A stretch of 64,000 bases of DNA from Octopus vulgaris (Eukaryota). Below are positions 1-9,990 of this stretch, piece by piece. The position numbers and the translations under genes were made by a program. Below the pieces are notes generated by a model. It made no database searches. It saw only the letters and a list, made by a program, of their open reading frames with translations, and was not told the DNA's origin. The stretch is from contig OX597823.1 of the NCBI GenBank assembly GCA_951406725.2, forward strand, positions 42,408,001 through 42,472,000, given 5' to 3'. The first letter of the stretch is position 1, and every line of letters begins with the position of its first letter.

Positions 1-226
1 CTGCCATCTGTTGGTGCACTACAGAACTAGTCTGGGAACTTTTTGATACTGTCTCATATATAGTTATTTTTTGCTGTGTGTGTGTGTGTGTGTTTCTGTG
101 TCTTTCAACATATAGACAACAGAACAAAGACTTAAAAAGAGACTATATGTACATATATAAATTTTATATATATACATATATATGTACATATATAAATTTT
201 ATATATATAGTTAGTTTTTTTGTTGT

Positions 227-282
<56 letters not shown>

Positions 283-1244
283 TGTATATGTATGTCTGTG
301 TCTTTCAAGATATAGACAATGTAACACAGACTTTAAAAAACTTTCACTTTGAACAGAAGTAGAGGAAAAAAGTTGTTGTTGAGAGAGATAGATATACAGT
401 AAGAGAAAGAGAGCACGAGAGAGAAAGCGTGTACATGTGTGTGTGAAACATAGATTGGTAGTGTTGTCACCATAGCAACTAACAAGTTTTGGTTAAAAAA
501 ACATGGAAATTTTAAGTGCAAGTCTGTCAACACAACACAGACTTCAAAAAAAGGCTATATGTATATAAAACATATAGCTATTTTTTAAAATTTGTATGTG
601 TTTCTTTCTGTGTCTTTCAATATACAGATAGTACAACACAGACTTAGTAAAACACTTTCACTTAGAAAAATTGATAAAGGTACATGTATGGTTAACAAAT
701 ATTTTTACTGGCAACATAGCGATGGGCAAGAACCTAGTATATGTAATATATAGCAATTTCATAAAATTAATTGAGATTATCCACGTCATTAGAAGACAGA
801 AGCTCCGCATGAGAAATGACAAATAATATCAATAAATAGCAATTAAAAAATGCTGTATGGGAGAGGATCTGGCCTTGGAACCAATTGAGGAAATCAATGA
901 ACATGTTTTAAGAATATTACATCTCATCGAAGCATTCCCTTAGCAAAGCTCAGAATTACACACACACACACACACACATGGGTAAATTGTCGCCATTTTT
1001 TTATTTCTGATTTTGCACATCTGCATTGTTTGTTTTTGAGTTTGTCAACCAGACAGTATAGTAGGGTCAGTTGGGCACTGTCTGTGAGAAAAATAGCACA
1101 ATGCCACAATTCACTCTACCAGAAATTTGGAAACAACATACTGTACTGCTTGGCATTCATGGCGGAAGCTCCAATACGAACATTCCAGTGTGTTTGGGTG
1201 TCAATCTGGTGACAATGAAATCTGAGGACACGTACTGAATGTGA

Positions 1245-1846
1245 TAAAAATCAAATATCCAGTCAACATCATGGTGATTGGAGTGATCCCTAGTAATGAT
1301 GACTTTATGCCTCCATTCCTCTTCCCACAAGGCCTCAGATTCAACACAGAGTGTCTGAAGGAGGTGCTGCTGTCGTGGGTGAAGATGGTGGCTGCTGGAA
1401 GACCCTAGGTCTGGTAACAGGCCTCTACACCTTGGCACACAAGCAGAAGAACCCAGTCATGGCTGTCGGACAATTTCTGTGATCACATCAACCCCTAACA
1501 TCTGGCCACCTAACTCCCCAGACTGCAACCCCTTAATAATTATGTGTGGGGTGCAGTTGAGCAAGAGACCAACAAAACTCATCATAATACCAAAGATGAA
1601 GTGAAGGCAAGGATTATGGCACCATTCACCAACTTAAACAAGGAGATTGCCCAGAAGAGTTGCATGAGATTCCGAAGTCGTCTGGAGGCCATAGTCGAAG
1701 CCAATGGCAATTTTATTGAATAAATTTACTCTTTAATATTTCAAGAAATTTTTACATAATTTTAGTAAATATAACTGTTAAAATGAGTTGTCAGTGTTAT
1801 TTTCATTTTTGCATAATTTAGATGACAGTTAATTCACCGGACCCTG
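1245..1846 (+). mobile_element. maT (DD37D) Tc1/mariner-superfamily transposon, 3' fragment
   Basis: Degenerate KYPVNIMVIGVI..MPPFLF..GRP*VW*Q..WPPNSPDCNPL..YVWG..FRSRLEAIVEANGNFIE*. 37 residues separate the second and third catalytic positions. Ends in TIR-like ACCCTG. Confidence 0.85.
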
Positions 1847-1849
1847 TGG

Positions 1850-2019
1850 CGATTTTTTTTCTCTGTCTTCCCTTCTCTGGATCTTTCCTTCTCCTATGTT
1901 TCCGACGAAGAGCTCCGCTCGAAACGTTAAACCCTCCTTCTTTCCTGAGCGTCCAATAATACTATATTTGTTCCACGTCCTCGCGTTGTGTTTTTTTGTG
2001 CTTTCTTGTTTGGATTAAC
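1850..2019 (+). mobile_element. Short non-autonomous Penelope pLTR/retrozyme-like element with a minimal hammerhead motif
   Basis: GTTT-CCGACGA-AGAGCtccGCTC-GAA-ACGT-T-AAAC at 1898-1932, followed by (GT)n. Related to 8311-8510 and 42634-42818. Confidence 0.6.
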
Positions 2020-2053
<34 letters not shown>

Positions 2054-2706
2054 AACTAAATTCAAATCCAATATGGTATTTAAATACCACATACTATAAA
2101 CAGAGCCATCACTCCAAAACCACCAGTTGCTCACTATTAAAATACACATGGCCAAAGCAATAAACATAACAGAAACAGGCTTACTTTTCGTGAAATACTG
2201 AAGTAAGGAATGTATATATTTCAGGATCAATTAATTTCACTTTCTGTATGAAAAATCAAACGTTAAGTGAATCCGCTGAAAATAACACTGTTACATCTAT
2301 TTCTAAGATATTCATCACATTATGCCATGTATATTGTTTACTTTTGAATGTCCCCGCGACATTCAAAATGGATTTCTCATGAGCCAGTATAAACTTATAG
2401 ACTGAGAGCCAGTCTTGATTTGATTAGACTTGAAACTCAAAAATACTGGCAAGGCACAATATGTGTACAAATGGTCCTAATTCCATGAAATGTGATTCTT
2501 AAGTATGCTTAGGTATGGATTAACTAATTATGAGATGGATAATCAACTTGCGTAAATAACTAATTTAATTAGACTTTAAGCTCCAGTAATGAATTACATT
2601 GACTATTACTCCTTAGACACAAGTGATACTTAAATGAAAACTTAAGAAAAAACTAGTATGGAAAGACAAATTAAGAAGTTTTAATTAGACAATTAGGAAT
2701 TAATTA

Positions 2707-3153
2707 GACTTTCTTCTCCAGCGTCAATTACTTCGCAGAAATGTTCACTAAACTCAACTGAATCTATTCATGTCACTTAAGAACCATTTTAGGCTTGGAT
2801 TTCTAATTTAAGAAGCATGTTCTACTAATCACTATACACTAATTAAGGAGAAATATACAGAAACACTGGTTTCAAGCTACGACATGAATGCAACATAGAA
2901 ACATACCTTAGACCCATTTAACATGAAGGGAAGAAATTAAGAAACATCCCAGGTATTGGAAGACAATAAGAAACCTTTTAATTAGATCGTTAATAAGGTC
3001 TTAATTAGACTTTCTGCTCCGGTGTAAATTCCTTCTCATAAATATTGGGTTCATCAAATCATAGTATATAATCATAGTATGTAAGAATCATTATAGGTAT
3101 GGATTCCTAATTTAAGAAGCATTTTGGCTAATTAACACATCCTCTTCATTGAA
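2707..3153 (+). repeat. Left arm of the Academ long inverted repeat
   Basis: Reverse complement of 7198-7628 aligns along its length, e.g. AATTACTTCGCAGAAATGTTCACT and AACTGAATCTATTCATGTCACTTAAGAACCATTTTAGG. Confidence 0.95.
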
Positions 3154-3195
3154 TTGTACTGGGGGTTTTGGCAAGCAAACCCCCTGTACAATTCA

Positions 3196-6100
3196 TCGTA
3201 CTGAGGCTGCTAGTTAGGATGCCTTATTTGTCGTTACGCAAGGAGCAATCAAACCCAGAAAACACATTGCAATGGGTATGGGTATAAAATCCATGACAGT
3301 CAGCAGAAAGGAGGTCACCCTCTTGAACCATTATGGCTAGAGCATCAATTATCATTGCGCAGAGGAACTGAGTTGACCTTTGCCCACAATGAGAAGCAGA
3401 CCATCGTCCCCGAGGGCGTACAACCAAACCGAGTAATGAGGAATGCCTACGATAATTATGACGAACTCGCCTGCACTCTATCAGGTGCAAATTCCTTACA
3501 CGATACGACGGGCATCCTTTACCAAAACGAAGATGAAACAGATCGAGGACGGCGTGATGCATCAGAATGGATAGTCCCGACTCCTTGGGAGAAACCAGAG
3601 AAAAGGAGAAAGTTGGATACAGACGATTCTGCACTTCTGCCCTACAAGAAGACTGCAAGAGTGAAATCGTTTTGTTACAGTACGACAAACGTGTGGGACA
3701 GGCCCGTTGCGACACTGCTGAAAGCTCGCAAGGCAGATTACGTGTTCATGATGAGCCACTCCTTCAAAATAGATGGAACGCCAATGTGGGGTGCATTCAA
3801 TGCCAGGTATCGCACGGACACAATTCCAAGACAGAAGATCTTCTAAATGCCTAATATCAGTCATTCTCCGACGAGTTTGGATGTTGTGGGTGAAACTCCC
3901 CGATTGACACAGAAGTGCGCCCTGGAATGTAATCAACAGTATGGTCTCGTGACATACGATTTCGCAATAGCGAAACCTGCCATCAGAATCCAAGACACCG
4001 AAAGTCCGACCTTCGACAAAGTATTCAGAATGTTCGGCCAATTTCATCTCCAGATGTGCAGTTTCAAGGCAATTGGCAAACTATTGGCCGCGTCAGGTGG
4101 CCCAAGAATCCTTACAGAGTGCGACAACGTACTTTCCCCTGGATCGCTGAAGGGATTCGAGTCTGGCACTCATTTCAACAGATGTAAGCAGCTGCATCCA
4201 ACCATGGCTTTCGCATTCGAGTGTCTTCACTTCAAAGCATTCCTTCAAAGCTATGAAACTGACGACATCGAAGTCCAGCTTGCGGTGGAAGAGGCACTCG
4301 GTACCCCAACTTGCGCTGTTACTTCCGATCTGTTGGAGAAAGTCATCTCTGATTACATGAAATTTTCGGAAGAGATAAAGAACGGAGCTCGAGGACCTAC
4401 CGCTCAATTCTGGATGGATTACATCGAAAGAATGCACGATTATCATGTACTCGATCATGCCATCAGAACAAACGATGTTGACTTGTTCATAGACGCTTTC
4501 GCTCCGATCATCTCTCTGCTGTTCGCAACCGATCGACAGAACTACGCTAGGTATATGATGAAGTACCAGATAGGTCTTATGAATATAGATGAGACACACC
4601 CTGGATTATTAAGAGGCTTGCTTAATCATGATAGGTTCACTATTTGTAGAACCAGTAATTCGTTCTCAAGGTGTCCTATCGATCTAACACTGGAACAGAC
4701 AATCAATGCTGATGCTGCTTCTCGGCTCATAGGGTTGTCAGCTATGACGAACAACTATATAGCCAGACTCCGTTGGATGTTCACCAAGTCATCTCGGGCT
4801 GCTATTGTCACTGAGCTGATGGAGATGGCAGGGATGGACACCACAGAATCAACTGTAGCTGAGCAACGACCGGCAAGAGTCAAGCGAGGCCGATCAGATT
4901 TGGAAAAAGTGATCGCGCAGATAGAAAAGTCCTGTAACCCTTTCACCCTTATGAACACGACTGACATACACACGGGAAAGGCATGCAGTGAAAACGTGAA
5001 GAGAAGTCTGCTCGATGTTCGAGCAACTGGCAGAAACATGCACGAAACATTCGTTGCGGAATGCGTCGAAAACCCAGCACTATTCGAAAAGCCACTGAGA
5101 AAGATAAAGATTAAAACCTTCGCAAGTGATAGCGTTGGAAATCGGCGACCAAAGAACAAAAGATTACAACGAATGAAATGCACATGTGACTTGATGGGTA
5201 GGATGTTGATCATCTCAGCGAAAGAGAAATTGGACCTCAAGCATGTTCTCACATACCCAATTACGCCTGTTCCGTTGGCACTCTGTTGCAGCGACGGTAA
5301 AATGACGAAAACCGATAAAAGCAAGTTGTTCAGCTATCTCGAGAGCCACGCAATGGAAGTTCATCAACCAAGCATCCAAACACCTTCTGTGATCGATGGG
5401 AACTTTTTGTTACACGTCATGCCATCCAAATTACCAAAGACATTCAGTGGATTGGCCTGGACAATCCTTGGCTTATGTGAAGCAACAGGTCGCCAACGTG
5501 TTGACATTGTGTACGACACACAACGGTCACCTTCCATCAAAGATGCTGAACGTGGACACAGACGTGCAACATAGATTACCTTCACCATAGTGGGACCAGA
5601 TCAGGTAACACCCAAGTTTTCCGAGGCAATGCAGTCCAGATCATTCAAATCGCAGCTTCCCCAGTTCCTTGCTCAAGAGTGGGAGAAAGACGAATACTCG
5701 TCGATTCTGGGTACTCGATCAATGTACGTCAGTGCTGGGGGTACCGTAATAATAAAGTTGTCATGATTCGAGAGAGAGCTCCAGAACTGGACTGCAACCA
5801 TGACGAGGGAGATACACGAGTGGTTCCTCATGTACTGCACATGGCACATGACTCTGAAGAAATTATCATCCGTGCGTCTGATACCGATATCGCTGTAATC
5901 ATGCTATGTCATCTCGAGAAAGTGAAGGCCACAGTATGGATGGAAGTGGGAACGAGCTGCCAGAACACTCGATGGTAAGTCAACCTGTCGCAGATAGCAG
6001 CATCGATTGGCCCTCTCATGTGCAAACCTCTGCCTGGATTTCACACATTTACAGGCTGTGGCTACACATCTTTTGACAGGCAAGGAAAGATACGGCCTCT

Positions 6101-6592
6101 TCAAATCCTTGAGCAGAACACAGAATTCCAGTATGCATTTGCCAAGCTGGGCGATGCTGACCCAGACCTGGAAACATTCATCATTATAGAAAAATATACC
6201 TGTCGCATATATCGCCAAATAAGCTGTACCAGAAACAACGACACACGTTACGCAGTCTTCGAGAAAGCATTCTCCCCCATGCGTTAAAGCAAAAGATCCA
6301 CTCGAGAAACTGAAGGGAATCGACGCAAGCAGTCTACCACCGTGCCACAATGAACTTTTGCAACAATACCAACGTGTAAGATTCGTTGCGAACTTGTGGA
6401 GAAATGTCGAATAATTGTTACTTGAACGACAACTGCAGTATGGATGGGAACTGGTCGATAACGAATGCACGATCATCTGGTTCCATGGCGAGTCTGACAG
6501 AGGAGAGACCAGCATCACTACCCATTGACGTGGATGATACCATGTTGACCGTATCCTCTGGCGACGAGCAGTCAGACTCCGGTACAGAATAG
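3196..6592 (+). pseudogene. Academ transposase fused to an XPG/FEN1-like nuclease (few stops and frameshifts; N-terminus missing)
   Basis: Stitched from ORFs 3355-3846, 3847-5574, 5679-5978, 6018-6287 and 6386-6592. Transposase motifs: KPRKHIAMGMGIKSMT, AYDNYD..TLSG..SLHDTTGILYQ, VTYDFAIA, GQFHLQM, GTHFNRC, PIDLTLEQTIN. Nuclease motifs: VIDGN, RVDIVYD, NHDEGDTRV, SDTDIAV, PGFHTFTGCGYTS..GK, LPPC. Confidence 0.85.
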
Positions 6593-7197
6593 AATACACA
6601 CTGCAGCCGTTTGGATAATGGGGCGTCATATACCAACACCTCTACTCTTTGGTGTAAATGTATTGATAGATTTAAAATGCCATGGCGTATGTGTCGTTTA
6701 GAGGCAGTACGAGAATTTGAATATCTAGCGTTAAGTATTTACATATTTGATCATCATATAAAATTTTGTTAATTCCAACAATGCGAGTAAGGGGTTTCGA
6801 TGCTCACTATTATACTTTCACTCCAGTCTTGCTTTGTAAGCCGCGGTTTTGTCAACAGGCTAAAGTTGCGACATGGTACGTAAACGTTTCAATTCGTTGT
6901 TGGTTTCTTATAGCCAGTTTGCATTAATGAGACATTTTTGTCCAAGGGGCAAGTTGCCCTTTGTTGTAGTTTTAATCCATTTTTTGTTTGTAACAGTCAG
7001 TTTCTATTTTTGTCAAGTTTCTGACGGGACAAGTCACGTTCAAGAGAAAACTTACTGCTTTAAAAATTAATTTCATTCGAATGAACGAAAGCTACATGCA
7101 TTATATGTTGACAGAAGTCAGTATCAGTAATGGAGGAAGGATTCCGATGCCATGCAATGGAAAATCAACATTTTTTCAGTTAAAGGTGTTTTTCCAT

Positions 7198-7628
7198 ATT
7201 CAATAGAGGATGATATGTTTATTAGTTAAAATGCTTCTTAAATTAGGGATCCATACCTATCATTCTTACATACTATGATTATATTCAGTTTGACGAGCCG
7301 AATATTTTTGTGAAAGAATTTACACCGGAGCATAAAGTCTAATTAACGATCTAATTAAAGATTTCCTAATGTCTTCCAATACCTGGGACGTTTCTTAATT
7401 TCTTCCTTTGATGTCAACTGGGTCTAAGACATGTTTCTATGTTGCATTCATCACGTAGCTTGAAAACAGTGTTTCTGCATGTTTCTTCTTAATTAGTGTA
7501 TTGTAATTAGTAGAAAATGCTTCTTAAATTAAAAATCCATACCTAAAATGGTTCTTAAGTGACATGAATAGATTCAGTTGGGTTCAGTGAACATTTCTGC
7601 GAAGTAATTGTCGCTGGAGCAGAAAGTC
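7198..7628 (-). repeat. Right arm of the Academ long inverted repeat
   Basis: Inverted copy of 2707-3153 with scattered substitutions and small indels. Confidence 0.95.
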
Positions 7629-7629
7629 A

Positions 7630-8305
7630 AATGAAAAATAAAAAAACATTTACCCTATTTTTTTATTTTTCATTCCCTTTCAGAATTACAGCTATTAGTG
7701 GTTTGTAGTTTAACTACTCTTTCCAGCGAGTCAAATGTCCTGTTATGTCCATCTCTTATGTGTTTAAATGTACACTGTATGTGTATATATATATATAATA
7801 TATAGTCTATTGACTAATTTTTCCTTCTTGCTAGACCACTGGTAGTAAAGAATTTTTCTAAAATTTATTTGCTACCCTATGATTTACTAATTAATGATAA
7901 AAAAGTTTTTTGGCTAGTTTTGAAAGAAAATCGGCACTTGCTTGTATTTACTGCCAAAAAATCCGCGTGTGCGATGGATTTTGAAAAATTATAACATATA
8001 AACACAAGGCATGTTCTTTATCACCTCGTATCTATATGTTAGCCTTGGCTTCCTGCTGAAGAGGACAACGCCAATTGTAAATTAATATTATTTTATTTTA
8101 TTTTATTTTATTTACAAAAGATTGCCTGAAACTATGCATAGTCCAGGAAAAATACGGTAAATGTTTATTTTTTTTTCATTCCCTTTCAGAATTACAACTA
8201 TTAGTGGTTTGTAGTTTAACAACTCTTTGTAGCGAGTCAGATGTCCTATTATGGCCATCTCTTATGTGTTTAAATGTACACTGTATGTGTATATATATAT
8301 ATATA
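7630..8305 (+). mobile_element. Partial tandem (~505 nt period) Penelope pLTR/retrozyme-like repeat containing a hammerhead ribozyme
   Basis: Direct repeat 7668-7795 vs 8173-8300 (TTTCATTCCCTTTCAGAATTACA...AAATGTACACTGTATGTG). The hammerhead lies immediately upstream of the second copy. Confidence 0.7.
8050..8149 (+). ncRNA. Type I hammerhead ribozyme with palindromic stem III and extended stem II
   Basis: Stem I TTCCTG/CAGGAA; core CTGAAGA 8056-8062; stem II GGACAA..TTGCCT with inner hairpin TTGTAAAT..ATTTACAA; GAA 8128-8130; perfect palindrome ACTATGCATAGT; GUC cleavage triplet at 8141-8143. Confidence 0.85.
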
Positions 8306-8310
8306 TGTAT

Positions 8311-8510
8311 AGGGAGAATTCACAAAAAAACAAAAGATGAAGACAGATGGTATAGACAACATACAGATGTATTAGTTTAACACTCGGGAAGTGAAAAAGT
8401 CTTTAATGTTTCGAGCCTATGCGCTTCCACAGAAAGGAACACAGAAAGAAACACAGAAAGAAACAAGGAGAGAAAATAAAGAATGTGTAGTGGCTAGAGA
8501 TCTATCATGG
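8311..8510 (-). mobile_element. ~200 nt microsatellite-flanked element with a variant minimal hammerhead (second copy at 42634-42818)
   Basis: Minus strand 8401-8436 reads CTTT-CTGTGGA-AGCGCatagGCTC-GAA-ACAT-T-AAAG. Flanked by (TA)n and (CA)n. Confidence 0.65.
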
Positions 8511-8517
8511 TGAATGA

Positions 8518-8988
<471 letters not shown>

Positions 8989-9360
8989 CTCTTTTACTTA
9001 TTTCAGTCATTTGACTACGGCTATGCTGGAGCACTGCCTTTAGTCGAGCAAATCGACTCCAGGACTTATTCTTTGTAAGCCTAATACTTATTCTATCGTC
9101 TCTTTTGCTGAACCGCTAAGTTACAGAGACGTAAACACACCAGCATCGGTTGTCAAGTGATGTTGGGGGGGACAAACACAGACACACAAATACACACATA
9201 TATATACATATACATATATACAACGAGCTTCTTTCAGTTTCCATCCACCAAATCCACTCACAAGGCTTTGGTCGGCCCGTGGCTATAGTAGAAAACACTT
9301 GCCCAAGGTGCCGTGCAGTGGGACTGAACCTGGAACCATGTGGTTGGTAAGCAAGCTACT
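8989..9360 (-). mobile_element. tRNA-derived SINE, family B (5' head clipped)
   Basis: Inverted match to 53076-53445 (GGCACCTTGGGCAAGTG, CCAAAGCCTTGTGAGTGGATTTGGT, CAAATGACTGAAA). Confidence 0.85.
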
Positions 9361-9439
9361 TTATTTCATTAAGATTGACCATAAAGGCATTACAAAGAGC
9401 AGCTTGCGGGATGGACATATACATTGACGAGATGAATGA

Positions 9440-9750
9440 TGAAATAAGGATGATATTGATGAGAGAAGGCATCTATTTACAAGCTTTTTAATCCCATCAA
9501 TGTAAAACGCTTTTGGTTTCAAAGTAAAGAATTCTAAAATGTAAGTTTCGACCTCGTCCTGGTTTGTAAAAGTTATGACCCCCAAATGATTCTGTAAACT
9601 ACAAAACAAATGGTAGTCTGAAGGAGCAAGGTTGGGAGAATAAGGTGGATGAGGAATATTTTCCCAACCAAGCTCTTCGATCTTCTGTGATGTGATCTTT
9701 GCAGTGTGGGGTCACGCATTGTCCTGATGAAACGTCACTCCTTTTTTTGA
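9440..9750 (-). mobile_element. mariner (DD34D) transposase C-terminal fragment
   Basis: Minus strand FHQDNA*PHTAKITSQKIEELGWENIPHPPYSPNLAPSDYHLFCSLQNHL..FYIDGIKKLVNRC. Confidence 0.9.
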
Positions 9751-9787
9751 TTCAATAGTCTACATCATCAGATGTGAATTCAATATG

Positions 9788-9818
<31 letters not shown>

Positions 9819-9819
9819 G

Positions 9820-9990
9820 ATTTTGCAATATCTCCATTGTTTAAAACTTTGGCATTGTAGATTAGCTTTCCAGGAGGTCCTTATTATCCAATGGATATTG
9901 TGATCTGTTTCTAAAATTACAATCTTGTTGGGTTGGGTTTACAAATTTAAATAATTGTTTCTTTTACTGTGATTCAATATCTGTGACCCT
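9820..9990 (-). mobile_element. Penelope-like (Naiad/Poseidon-type) GIY-YIG region fragment
   Basis: Minus strand degenerate CNFRNRSQYPLDNKDL..LIYNAKV resembles the CNCR...CPL...CL...IY.A motif. Confidence 0.5.

Larger units (their letters stand above)
2490..7628 (+). mobile_element. AcademX-type DNA transposon, internally and terminally deleted, with long inverted repeats
   Basis: ~440 bp inverted repeat (2707-3153 vs 7198-7628) flanks a GC-rich transposase/XPG pseudogene. The subrepeat TAATTAGACTTT..CTCC recurs at ~2566, 2701 and 3002 and inverted at ~7327. The left boundary is uncertain and the right repeat is truncated at 7628. Confidence 0.8.

Noticed and set aside
3847-5574. 575-aa ORF as an intact or domesticated host gene
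   Set aside because: It begins after an in-frame stop in a longer degraded ORF, has frameshifts downstream and is flanked by TIRs.
3224-6629. Antisense and alternate-frame ORFs overlapping the Academ gene
   Set aside because: Shadows of a GC-rich coding sequence with no recognisable motifs.
9721-9740. CTGATGAAACGTC hammerhead-like string
   Set aside because: No stem II; it is the antisense of mariner FHQD codons.
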